Origin: a virus
Taxonomy: Duplodnaviria > Caudoviricetes
Length of the DNA: 24,688 nucleotides
Direction: 5' to 3' (one strand)
Virus record (IMG/VR): IMGVR_UViG_3300027419_000190
Span: 1 to 24,688 of that record
The notes below the pieces were generated by a model. It did not search any database, had not been told where the DNA came from, and saw only the letters and a list, made by a program, of their open reading frames with translations. The translations under genes and the position numbers were made by a program. The stretch's first letter is position 1. Every line of letters begins with the position of its first letter. Of this stretch, positions 1-8,645 are shown one piece after another.

Positions 1-16
1 TAATACTTATACCTAT

Positions 17-45
17 ATTTTACTTTACAAACCAAAGGTTGTCAA
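17..45 (-). promoter_or_regulatory. sigma70-like promoter (TTGACA-17 bp-TAAAAT) pointing out of the left end of the window
   Basis: Minus strand reads TTGACA (45-40), a 17-nt spacer, then TAAAAT (22-17). Same architecture as the promoters at 13055-13083, 21989-22017 and 23931-23959. Confidence 0.65.
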
Positions 46-125
46 ATCGGACTATCAAAAGCGAAAAACTGCTTGGCTTCGTCAAGGGTGTATTTGGGGT
101 TTAGGTTGTTTATTATTTCAGGCAT
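42..125 (-). CDS. possible 27-aa ORF (MPEIINNLNPKYTLDEAKQFFAFDSPI) or 5' fragment of an interrupted gene
   Basis: The ATG overlaps the 3' end of the upstream glycosyltransferase gene, as in the rest of the coupled operon. Its TGA lies inside the TTGACA -35 box. Confidence 0.3.
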   Translation of the reverse strand: MPEIINNLNPKYTLDEAKQFFAFDSPI

Positions 126-1090
126 TTGACTTCTTCTTTTTTTAGTTTATCTAAATCTTCTTTTGTCCATCCTTTAACTGGCCAGAATTTTTCCACTAAC
201 CACGAAACCGGATAAATCTGTCCGGGGCATTTTCCTTCCCAAATCATATCTTTCACTCTTTGTTTTGTTCGCTGACATTCTCTTCCTGATTGCGTGTAGG
301 GGAAGCCGAAGACATCGCCTTTAGTTCTAAAACAGTGGCTATACCAGGTTTTGTGATTTATTAATACTTTTCCTCCGCTTAACCACATTTTGCATGCCAG
401 CTCGATGCCCTGCGAACCCCATGAGCCTAAATCATCTCCACATAATTCCAACTCCCAATATTTTTCTCTAGTACACATGAAAAAGCTCCCTTGGAGCGAC
501 ATTGATTGAGTTAGTCCGGTTTCTTCTAGGTCTTTTTTATACTCATCTCGTAATGTATATTCATTCCAATATTGAAAATGCGGAAGGCTGTCAAAACAGT
601 AAACTCTTGAATTAGTACCTCGTCTCGGTTTCCATACTAATTTCTTTTTCATAGTGCTTCCACAACCTGGACAAATGGGTTTGACATCTTGATAAACTTT
701 GAATCCACATTTGTAACATTTGAAATCATAAACGTGAAGATTCTTCATGACGGGAACAATTATTGCATTATCTCCTGCCTTCTCAAATGCTTCAAACATT
801 TTCTTATCAAAGTCTTTATCAAAAGAAGTGTGAGCGTCTGCCTTGCACACATACTTTGCTTTTGATAATCTTGCACATAGATTAGTCATCTTTCTCTGAC
901 CGATGGTTTCTGGAGAATAAATAACGCTAACTCTTGGATGTTGAAGTAATGGGGGATTACTCCATTTACCGTCTAGCCCAACAATCACTTCGGTCTCTTC
1001 TGAAGTATTGGCTAAAATATCTTCTACTGTGTTTTTTAAAAACTCCTCTGTGTTGGCAGGAATTAAAAATGAGAGCTTGTATTGTTTCAT
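113..1090 (-). CDS. GT-A fold glycosyltransferase (GT2-like with GT27/ppGalNAc-T-like motifs) with an inserted Zn-ribbon
   Basis: N-terminal LSFLIPA GT2 strand; DxH motif (KADAHTSF); C-terminal GSFF..REKYWEL...WGSQGIELACKMWLSGG...YSHCFR block; CYKCG...CPGCG insertion. Confidence 0.85.
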   Translation of the reverse strand: MKQYKLSFLIPANTEEFLKNTVEDILANTSEETEVIVGLDGKWSNPPLLQHPRVSVIYSPETIGQRKMTNLCARLSKAKYVCKADAHTSFDKDFDKKMFEAFEKAGDNAIIVPVMKNLHVYDFKCYKCGFKVYQDVKPICPGCGSTMKKKLVWKPRRGTNSRVYCFDSLPHFQYWNEYTLRDEYKKDLEETGLTQSMSLQGSFFMCTREKYWELELCGDDLGSWGSQGIELACKMWLSGGKVLINHKTWYSHCFRTKGDVFGFPYTQSGRECQRTKQRVKDMIWEGKCPGQIYPVSWLVEKFWPVKGWTKEDLDKLKKEEVKCLK

Positions 1091-1091
1091 A

Positions 1092-1850
1092 TCACCATTG
1101 TGTTAATTGATGAAGGTATTGCCCTATCCACTCATCGTGGAGGGCTTTTAAATCCCAATACGGCACTTCTTCCAGTTTCACTTCTTTCCAATTCACAGGG
1201 GGATGTTTGAAGTCCGATAGAGATGTTTTAGGAGAGGAAAAGGTATGTCTGTGCCTGATGTCGATGTTCGGTAGCTCTGACCGCCAGACTTCAAATGTTT
1301 CATCAGAAAATCCACCTCTTCTTCGGGGTTTGGTTCCCGGTTCATAACCCATGACACGACCCCATCTGGGTTCTCTGGCCCTGTCTTTGTCCCAACCCTT
1401 TGATTCCACATAATCCAATCTATCCTGAAAGTGTTTCAACGCTGTTTTTCGATAACAGCAAAGAGCCGATAGAGAATGCAGTCCATCGTAGGTAATAGCG
1501 AAGTCTTCTTTCACAGACCATCGGTAGTTATTGATGTTGTAGTAATAGATGTAATCAGTAGGAGGAGTAAAGTCGAAATGTGATTTGTGATAAAGTAAAT
1601 CGTGTTCAAGAAAGTAAACTATGTCTGTATCAAGAGCTTTCAACGCAGTCACAATCTGAAAAAGCATTGTTGGATATGACCTTTCCCGGTCTGTGATACA
1701 AATGTTTGTTCCTAGGTCAATCGGTTTGTGTAAGGACACAGAAACAATAGGATAAGGACAATTCTCTCTAAGTGTCTGACGACACTTTTCTAATATAAAT
1801 TCTTTGGGTCGGTTGTCGGTGTAGAAGATACAGCCCTTCGTTTTTTCCAT
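1092..1850 (-). CDS. putative GT-A-like glycosyltransferase
   Basis: VYFLEHDLLY acidic motif in the DxD position; paralogous to 3075..3788 (IVSVSLHKPIDLGTNICI vs VISVTQRPMIFGKNICV); cluster context. Confidence 0.6.
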   Translation of the reverse strand: MEKTKGCIFYTDNRPKEFILEKCRQTLRENCPYPIVSVSLHKPIDLGTNICITDRERSYPTMLFQIVTALKALDTDIVYFLEHDLLYHKSHFDFTPPTDYIYYYNINNYRWSVKEDFAITYDGLHSLSALCCYRKTALKHFQDRLDYVESKGWDKDRAREPRWGRVMGYEPGTKPRRRGGFSDETFEVWRSELPNIDIRHRHTFSSPKTSLSDFKHPPVNWKEVKLEEVPYWDLKALHDEWIGQYLHQLTQW

Positions 1851-1851
1851 A

Positions 1852-2475
1852 TTATTTTCGTATGAAGAACCAAGAAAGCATTACATCATTCTTAGTTTCT
1901 TCTTCTAATGGTTTAGACCGTCCGAGAATGTAAAAGTTTTCAATTCCGTTAGCTTCCACATATTCATCCACAGCCCGTCCCACTTCCTCATGCTTTCGGT
2001 ATCTTTGGGGTAGAGAGTTTATTTGAGGGTCGGTGCAAGCATAATCATGTCCTGAAACTATTCCACCTTTCCGAACCTTCTTCGACCATTCTCTGATGTC
2101 TTCAACGACGAAACGGTAACTGTGGTCTCCGTCAATGTACACGAAATCGAGTGATTCATCTTTGAAATCTGTTACACACTGTGCTGACCTCTTCCTGATA
2201 ACTTCGCAGTCGTAAGGTTTCAGTCTTTCAATGGCTCGGAGACATCTGGCATCTTGTTGAACCTGGCTTTGTCTTCCTCTGGCCTTCCAAGGGTCGATTC
2301 CATACATCTTTATTCCCTCTTTACAGAACTTTTCAGTGTACTCTCCTTCCCAAATTCCCACTTCTACGCCTATATTATAACACATTTCCTTGAAAAAAAC
2401 AGGGAGTTCATCCCTGGAACAGTCTGGAATTAAAAAAGGTTTTTCCTTTTTTTCTAATGCTTCTGAAATTTTCAT
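1852..2475 (-). CDS. class I SAM-dependent methyltransferase (Methyltransf_24-like)
   Basis: GVEVGIWEG motif I, GIDPW, LDFVYIDGDHSY and GGIVSGHDY motifs. Confidence 0.9.
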   Translation of the reverse strand: MKISEALEKKEKPFLIPDCSRDELPVFFKEMCYNIGVEVGIWEGEYTEKFCKEGIKMYGIDPWKARGRQSQVQQDARCLRAIERLKPYDCEVIRKRSAQCVTDFKDESLDFVYIDGDHSYRFVVEDIREWSKKVRKGGIVSGHDYACTDPQINSLPQRYRKHEEVGRAVDEYVEANGIENFYILGRSKPLEEETKNDVMLSWFFIRK

Positions 2476-2479
2476 AAAT

Positions 2480-3097
2480 TTAATAGTGTTTTTGCATAAA
2501 ATAACTTAAATCTCTATCCTTAAAGTCGTCTTTGGTTCCTAAGACCCAAAAATTCTCAAAATCATAACTCTTCACAAAGGCATCTACCACGTCTCCAACG
2601 TGTCTCACAATCCTAACGCCTTCGGTAGAGTAATAATCGTGACCTGCGATGACCCCTCCCTTTCTAACCTTCCTGCACCACTGAGCCAAATCCATCGCTA
2701 CATAACCGAATCCGTGGTTGCCGTCTATGTAGACGAAGTCTAGTGAACGGTCGGGGAAATCATCCAGAGCATCCATTGAAAGTTTCTTGACTAACTTACA
2801 GTTAGGATAATCTTTCGTCCTTCCTTTGGCGATTTCATAGACTTCATCTATTGTTCTTCCACCTTTAATGCTGACTATTTTTCGGTAAGTATTGTCTCTC
2901 GTATCCTGCCAAGGGTCAATTCCTGTGATGTCTAACCCAGCCTCGCAATAATCAACGATGTTTTCTCCCCAGGAGACTCCGATTTCAACACCTTTCTTGA
3001 AACCCAGTTCCTTGAAAAGACCCGGCAGGTCTCGGCGAGAAGCTCCCGGTATCCAGTAAGGTAAACCTTTTTTATCAATGTATGACTTTAATTCCAT
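2480..3097 (-). CDS. class I SAM-dependent methyltransferase (Methyltransf_24-like)
   Basis: GVEIGVSWG, GIDPW, LDFVYIDGNH and GGVIAGHDY motifs. Start moved to the ATG at 3097 (MELKSY) to match the paralog 1852..2475. Confidence 0.9.
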   Translation of the reverse strand: MELKSYIDKKGLPYWIPGASRRDLPGLFKELGFKKGVEIGVSWGENIVDYCEAGLDITGIDPWQDTRDNTYRKIVSIKGGRTIDEVYEIAKGRTKDYPNCKLVKKLSMDALDDFPDRSLDFVYIDGNHGFGYVAMDLAQWCRKVRKGGVIAGHDYYSTEGVRIVRHVGDVVDAFVKSYDFENFWVLGTKDDFKDRDLSYFMQKHY

Positions 3098-3788
3098 CTC
3101 GTATAATCGTATAAAATTTAGCTCTAAAATCTTTCCCTGAACCCCAGTATGGGATGTCATAGATTGGTTCTCTGATAGATGAAGTGTAGTTCCTCATACT
3201 CTGGGAAGTCTTGATTTGTACAACGGGTATCTCAGTTTCGTAAAACAAAATATCCTCCTTATTAAAGACATCCTCTCTTTTTGCATGGAACTTCTCTTTA
3301 GGGAAGTTTTTTTGTTCTTCCTTATAATCCCAATCTTCGTCTCCTTTAAATAATTCCTCTAATGTTTTTCGATAGAACTCTGTCCCAACAATTTGTGCAT
3401 GTGTTGCTCCACCTGGTTTCTTAAAAAAATACTTTCTGTGCTGACCCATCACCATGAGGTTATCATTCCGATAGCACTTATCCAGTCTTTCTGGAACAAA
3501 TTTGAAATAATCCGGTCCATAGAAAGTATCTGCCTCGCATGAAAGAGCAAAAGGTGTCTTTATGTTCTGTAAAGCTATAAGTGTTTGTTTAAAGAAATTT
3601 TTTCCAGAAACTCCTACATTGTCTCCTACGCAAATGTTTTTACCAAAAATCATCGGTCGTTGCGTCACCGATATAACATCTAGGTCTCCTTTGTTTTTTA
3701 TTATGTTATCCACTACTCTTTGCTCAAATTCAGGATATTCTCGATTGCTACTACAATAAAAAATCGTAATTAAATCTTTTAGTTCCAT
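3075..3788 (-). CDS. putative GT-A-like glycosyltransferase
   Basis: FALSCEADTFY motif aligns with FLEHDLLY of 1092..1850; the two also share a C-terminal (I/V)PYW motif. Confidence 0.55.
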   Translation of the reverse strand: MELKDLITIFYCSSNREYPEFEQRVVDNIIKNKGDLDVISVTQRPMIFGKNICVGDNVGVSGKNFFKQTLIALQNIKTPFALSCEADTFYGPDYFKFVPERLDKCYRNDNLMVMGQHRKYFFKKPGGATHAQIVGTEFYRKTLEELFKGDEDWDYKEEQKNFPKEKFHAKREDVFNKEDILFYETEIPVVQIKTSQSMRNYTSSIREPIYDIPYWGSGKDFRAKFYTIIRDGIKVIH

Positions 3789-4225
3789 ATTTTTAATTCA
3801 GCTTGTTTACGCCTATTTATAGCTTCTGACTTGCTTTTAAAATAACCAATAAGAGTGGTTTTTCCGTCCTTCGTTATTCGAACTCTCCAAGATTTATAAT
3901 TCTTATACCAATTAACACCCCTGTAACCTGAAGTGCTATCACTTCTCAAGCCAGAATTTATAATATTCTCTGAACGAGTAACCATTCTCAGATTTTTCCT
4001 TGTGTTATTTAGTTTATTTCTATCTTGGTGGTCAACTTCTTTTCCTTTCTGACGGTTTCCCATTATTAGATTATGCATCAATATTGTTTTCTTGTTTTTT
4101 CCACCCCCGATGTCTCTAACTGCATAACCCGTCGACAAGAGATACCACTTCCACTGGTTCAAAAACTCAAAATCATCATCATCAACCATCGCTCTTTTTC
4201 CTTGTGTCAATTTTATATACCTCAT
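3779..4225 (-). CDS. HNH homing endonuclease with C-terminal AP2 DNA-binding domain
   Basis: VDHQDRNKLNNTRKNLR..T..EN..N HNH_3 motif; TSGYRGV..W.V.I...IGYF AP2 motif. The start at 4225 gives an ATGA overlap with the upstream stop. Confidence 0.9.
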   Translation of the reverse strand: MRYIKLTQGKRAMVDDDDFEFLNQWKWYLLSTGYAVRDIGGGKNKKTILMHNLIMGNRQKGKEVDHQDRNKLNNTRKNLRMVTRSENIINSGLRSDSTSGYRGVNWYKNYKSWRVRITKDGKTTLIGYFKSKSEAINRRKQAELKIWN

Positions 4226-4800
4226 GGTTTTAGTATTCCCCATCCATGTTGCGAAAGTTCATGGACAGTCAAATTATTTTTAGAAGCAAATTCGTCCACA
4301 GCTTCTATGACGCCAAAGACTACCCCCGTGTGCTTGGCACGGTAGCGAGAATAATCATCCCCGGTAAAGAAACCTCCCTTCTTCAACTTCGGCCACCAGG
4401 CTTCTAGGTCAGCCTTGCAACCTTCTTCAGTGTGGTCAGCATCGATGTAGATAAGGTCAAAGTATTCATCCGGGAAGAACTTAGCCGCATCCACTGTGTA
4501 CATCCTCATAATCTTAGCGAATGGTTTGTCCTTAATCGACTCCATCACCGAATTATACATGCCATTTAAACGCTCCTGTGGGTAACCACAGTCGTTTCTG
4601 GCGATGATTCCGTCGTCTATCCACATATCCACCCCTACTGCGACTTCTGGGTTGTGTTCAATCATCAGATTAAAATTAAACCCTTCAAACACGCCGATTT
4701 CGGCAATCTTTTGGATGTTGTACTTCTCCATAAAAGGCCTCCAGACTCTCCTTTTATGCTTGATTTCAACTCCTCGTAAATCTTCAACCCAGGTATCCAT
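4222..4800 (-). CDS. class I SAM-dependent methyltransferase (Methyltransf_24-like)
   Basis: AEIGVFEG, FDLIYIDADH and WWPKLKKGGFFTGDDY motifs. Confidence 0.9.
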   Translation of the reverse strand: MDTWVEDLRGVEIKHKRRVWRPFMEKYNIQKIAEIGVFEGFNFNLMIEHNPEVAVGVDMWIDDGIIARNDCGYPQERLNGMYNSVMESIKDKPFAKIMRMYTVDAAKFFPDEYFDLIYIDADHTEEGCKADLEAWWPKLKKGGFFTGDDYSRYRAKHTGVVFGVIEAVDEFASKNNLTVHELSQHGWGILKP

Positions 4801-5521
4801 ATTTGTTAAAATGATTAATTAACCTTTTATTGACTAGCTCCTGTCCGAACCTATTCTTCTTCAGTCTGTGCTGGTGAAAATGCAGAACTTTGATGGGTAA
4901 CTCTGTTTGCTCGTAACAGTGTTTCCTGGTGAGAGGATTGAGATTAAAGTTATAGGTAATGTTCATTCGTTTAATCCGGTCGTTGATGTTTTGGAAATTT
5001 TTATCAGTCAGGTATTTGATAGCCACCTCATCCGAGTAAGCCTTGTAAGCCTCGATGTGATTGATTAAAGTCTTGTCAGGGTGTATATACATTCTCATCC
5101 TCATCCAGACAAAGATATCTTTGGCGTTTGGAGTGAGAAATGAACTCCCACCGTTCCAATTCAATCGGTATCCGTAATCCGTAAAACCTACATCTTTTCC
5201 TTCCAGGTCAGGTTCTGGAAACGGTTCCAACTGAAACGCATCGAAGTCATGATACCAGGTAGTTTCTGTGATAAGCCCTCGGTCGTAGAGTTCAATAAAA
5301 GCATTAATCTTCCCGGAGTACATATAAAACGGACAGATACAATCATCACTGACTTCGATTGATTTCACTCCATCATATTCATAGGGAAAATTACAAACTA
5401 ACATCATGTCTTCTTTATTCCAACCCAATTCCAATGAATTGTCAATAACAATCCTGACGAGCTTTTCATACTCAGGATTGAACTTATGGTCGGGCGAAAT
5501 GTATACGAGAAGATTTTTCAT
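4784..5521 (-). CDS. putative GT-A glycosyltransferase (GT8/nucleotide-diphospho-sugar transferase-like)
   Basis: WYHDFDAF (DxD), WNGGS, SDE, ITYN and VLHFH motifs in the order typical of GT8-like enzymes; paralog of 5986..6693. Confidence 0.65.
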   Translation of the reverse strand: MKNLLVYISPDHKFNPEYEKLVRIVIDNSLELGWNKEDMMLVCNFPYEYDGVKSIEVSDDCICPFYMYSGKINAFIELYDRGLITETTWYHDFDAFQLEPFPEPDLEGKDVGFTDYGYRLNWNGGSSFLTPNAKDIFVWMRMRMYIHPDKTLINHIEAYKAYSDEVAIKYLTDKNFQNINDRIKRMNITYNFNLNPLTRKHCYEQTELPIKVLHFHQHRLKKNRFGQELVNKRLINHFNKYGYLG

Positions 5522-6032
5522 TTTTGAATTGTTTATAATCTACTACCTCATTATTAAAATCGTGAGTCTCTATTATCCACTCCACATCTTCCACTAAATG
5601 TTCTATGGGGTATCTTCTTCCCCATTTCATTAGTGGGTCTTTCAATTTAACAATAGGACAGAGTCTAAGAATAATCGTCCTTAATCCTGATTCTTCCACC
5701 ATCTTCTGAGATTCTTGTTTGCTTCTTCCATAGGCCATCTTCTCAGCGGTAGAACTGAAATGAATCAGCTTGCAGTGATATTCCTTGCAGAGTTCGATAA
5801 CATTTTTGGTTCCCAGAACATTAGTGAAGTGGCAGGCTTCTTCATCTTGAATCTTCTTGGCCTCTCCGGCAGCGTGGATAACAAACTCCATTCCTTCGAA
5901 ATATGGTCTTATTTCTTCCTTATCTCTAATATCCTTGGTAATTGCAGTAATACTGTATCCTTTACTACTGAGATACATAAATAAGTTATGACCTATGAAC
6001 CCCCGGTATCCTAGTATTAATATCTTTTTCAT
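5484..6032 (-). CDS. NAD-dependent epimerase/dehydratase (short SDR)
   Basis: ILILGYRGFIG Rossmann motif, VIHAAG, NVLGT, FSS and the catalytic YGRSK. Confidence 0.85.
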   Translation of the reverse strand: MKKILILGYRGFIGHNLFMYLSSKGYSITAITKDIRDKEEIRPYFEGMEFVIHAAGEAKKIQDEEACHFTNVLGTKNVIELCKEYHCKLIHFSSTAEKMAYGRSKQESQKMVEESGLRTIILRLCPIVKLKDPLMKWGRRYPIEHLVEDVEWIIETHDFNNEVVDYKQFKNEKSSRIHFARP

Positions 6033-6693
6033 ACATTAAATTATATAAATTCTTAGGTAATAGTGTTGCAAATTTAGCTAGAAGATTTTCCCTATAAGGA
6101 TGAAAATGAGCAACTCTTATAGGTTCATCCGCCCACATCATATTTTCTTCCACTCTTCTTTTTCCTAAATTATAAGTAATATTCAATCTTTCAATCCTAT
6201 CATTTATATTTTCAAAATTGCTTTTTGTTAAAATCATCATTGCTCTTTCGTCATCAATTTTTTCTTCTTCTATCACAGTTTTCCATAGTTTAAAAATGTC
6301 TAACGTAGTCGGTTCAAAGAACATACTCCCTCCGTTCCACTTAGAAGACCAACCATAATCCGTCAATCCCAGTTCTTTGTCTAACTTCAAATCTATCGGT
6401 TCTAATTGCCAGGCTTCTGTGTCGTGGAACCAGGTCAGGTCATATAAATAATTATTTTCCAATAGATAACAAATGACATTTATCTTGATAGCACAACGAC
6501 TTGTTTCACTATAAAGGTCATCGGGAACTACCAGGGATTTAACGCCCATATACTCATAAGGGAAGTTCGTCGCCAGTAAAATATCTTCTACTTTCCAGTA
6601 ATTTAAAGAGTTCTCAATCTGAATTTCTATATATTTAGCGTTCTCTTCGTTAAACTTATGTTCCGGACTCACGAAAATTAGCAAATTTTTCAT
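5986..6693 (-). CDS. putative GT-A glycosyltransferase, paralog of 4784..5521
   Basis: Near-identical N-terminus (MKNLLIFVSPEHKFN vs MKNLLVYISPDHKFN); WFHDTEAW, GLTDYG, WNGGS, ITYN and VAHFH motifs. Confidence 0.65.
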   Translation of the reverse strand: MKNLLIFVSPEHKFNEENAKYIEIQIENSLNYWKVEDILLATNFPYEYMGVKSLVVPDDLYSETSRCAIKINVICYLLENNYLYDLTWFHDTEAWQLEPIDLKLDKELGLTDYGWSSKWNGGSMFFEPTTLDIFKLWKTVIEEEKIDDERAMMILTKSNFENINDRIERLNITYNLGKRRVEENMMWADEPIRVAHFHPYRENLLAKFATLLPKNLYNLMYEKDINTRIPGVHRS

Positions 6694-7478
6694 AGTTTTC
6701 CTTCTTTAACTAATTCATCATAGTATGGTTTCCAGACTTTTATAGCGTAAGCATAACCATCATCACAATTAGCTGGGTTCTCTGCTGTGCCGTTGTTATG
6801 AGTGCGTTTAAATGAACGGTGTTTATGAGCATGCCATGTGTTTTTGTTGACCATCAGTTTCCCTCCGGCTTTCCAAGTCTTGAAGACCATTTCGTGTGAG
6901 TCCTGGATAAGAGGTCCATAACCTTCCGTTTGCAGCTCGCCAATAACATCGTCCCACCACTTACGAGGCATTACCCACATTGAGCCTTGCATAGCCTGGG
7001 ATTCTTCTATTTTTAACTTGTCATTACCAGGACGTGAGACTCCAGTGAACTTTCCACCGGAAATCTTTAGTTTCATATAATCGACATAACCGTGTTCTTC
7101 CATAACTTCCCATTTTTCTGGATTTAGGAAGTATCTTCTGGCTGTCATAATCCAGTTTGGCTTGCAGTCCCTGGTAAGTTTCCTGTCATAACCTTTTCCA
7201 AACATTTGGTGTTCATCTGCTCTAAGTAAAAACTCTCCCCTCGAAACCGCCACCCCAGCATTTATAGCGTCTCTCATCCCTCGGTTTTTTCCCAAATGAA
7301 GGTATCTTACCCTAGGGTCTTGGATAATCAAATCAGCAGAAGGATAATAACCATCCCAGACTGCTATAACTTCTAATCTGTCTCCTAACTCTGATTTTTT
7401 TAGCAAGTCATCAATAGTCTTAAATAGCAACGGGTCTTTATAGCTCGGCAAAATGCAACTAAGTTTTATTTCTTGCAT
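6690..7478 (-). CDS. GT2-like glycosyltransferase with DxH motif, paralog of 113..1090
   Basis: LSCILPSY, NRGMRDAINAG, RADEHQMF (DxH), MQGSMW and WKAGGKLMVNKNTWHAHKHR motifs. Confidence 0.85.
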   Translation of the reverse strand: MQEIKLSCILPSYKDPLLFKTIDDLLKKSELGDRLEVIAVWDGYYPSADLIIQDPRVRYLHLGKNRGMRDAINAGVAVSRGEFLLRADEHQMFGKGYDRKLTRDCKPNWIMTARRYFLNPEKWEVMEEHGYVDYMKLKISGGKFTGVSRPGNDKLKIEESQAMQGSMWVMPRKWWDDVIGELQTEGYGPLIQDSHEMVFKTWKAGGKLMVNKNTWHAHKHRSFKRTHNNGTAENPANCDDGYAYAIKVWKPYYDELVKEGKL

Positions 7479-7927
7479 GTTATAAAATGATAATTATTAT
7501 CAAAACTTTTTTTCTCTGTTATCTCAAAGTCTTTGAAATCTATGTCTCCTTCCTCATAAAATAACCATTCTCTTTTGTAGGGTTTATAATCCTTACCAAC
7601 GAATCCAAAGATTGCGACTCCTCCAGGAACCAATATTCTGTATATTTCATTGACCATTAATTGTGGGCTACTTACAAATTCCAGCATGCCATTACAAAGG
7701 ATAGTGTTAAAACAATTTGTCTCCATTCCAGAGTCGCAGATGTCTCCCAGAAAAGTAGGTTTCATTCCCTTGGCTATGTCTATGGTAGGAAATCCATAGT
7801 CCCAATAACGAGACTTTCCCACATCCAACACATTGCCGCTAGCGTTTTTTTCTACCCATTCGTTATACCAGAGTCTACTTGGCGATGGGACGAAATCCTT
7901 TCTTAACTCCTTTATTGAATGGGACAT
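7466..7927 (-). CDS. class I SAM-dependent methyltransferase (Methyltransf_11-like)
   Basis: NVLDVG, GDI, FNTILCNGMLEFV and EIYRILVPGG motifs. Confidence 0.8.
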   Translation of the reverse strand: MSHSIKELRKDFVPSPSRLWYNEWVEKNASGNVLDVGKSRYWDYGFPTIDIAKGMKPTFLGDICDSGMETNCFNTILCNGMLEFVSSPQLMVNEIYRILVPGGVAIFGFVGKDYKPYKREWLFYEEGDIDFKDFEITEKKSFDNNYHFITCKK

Positions 7928-8645
7928 TATTTTTTGTTAAATATTCAAATATTGGTGCTTTGTAATTTCTGTTCTTTAACTCAGGCTTTAACCACAAAAA
8001 CTCCTGGACCAGGTCAATGTCTAGCATAGGATAACGGACTTCTACATCATAAAGTGCAGCAATCTCCTCCAGTTCATTCAGGTATTCTCTTTGCATACCT
8101 TCTCTGAAGTTAGGCCATTCGTAAAGTTCCTCTGGATACTTTCCATTAAAGGTGGACTGTTTGGGGAAGAGGGCATAGTCTGAATAAAGTTCATCTCCAC
8201 CTTGACCTGATATGCAAATCTTCTTTCCTTCCTTGGTAGCGGTGTCAAACATAAAAGCCACTCCCATAGAGGCAATGTCTTTCATCGCTGTTTCATTAAT
8301 TTTTCCCTTCAAGAAGTCGTAGTATTCTTGCCAAACATATTTTGGCATTTCTGCGATAGTGTAATCCTTTATATACTCAAGTCTCTTTTTGATGATACTC
8401 TCATCTTCATTATTGAAAATTGTATAAGCTTTAAAATCCACTCCTTGTTTCACCAACTCCTTAGTAATCGCTCCAGAGTCATATCCTGAAGATAGTCCAA
8501 TAAAACATCCGTCTACTGCTCGTTTTTTAATAGCGTTTTCAAAAGCCCTTAGCCAGTCGTCATAGTTGTCCATGTTCTGGTTGTTAAAATCAAACTCGTG
8601 GGCGTAGAACTCACTTAACTCCTTGTTTTCCCAAGTGTTGTTCAT
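7875..8645 (-). CDS. asparagine synthase C-terminal-like N-type ATP pyrophosphatase (no glutaminase domain)
   Basis: GLSSGYDS PP-loop, SGQGGDELY and EVRYPMLD motifs. Start placed at the ATG at 8645 (MNNTWE) to limit overlap with the upstream gene. Confidence 0.8.
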   Translation of the reverse strand: MNNTWENKELSEFYAHEFDFNNQNMDNYDDWLRAFENAIKKRAVDGCFIGLSSGYDSGAITKELVKQGVDFKAYTIFNNEDESIIKKRLEYIKDYTIAEMPKYVWQEYYDFLKGKINETAMKDIASMGVAFMFDTATKEGKKICISGQGGDELYSDYALFPKQSTFNGKYPEELYEWPNFREGMQREYLNELEEIAALYDVEVRYPMLDIDLVQEFLWLKPELKNRNYKAPIFEYLTKNNVPFNKGVKKGFRPIAK

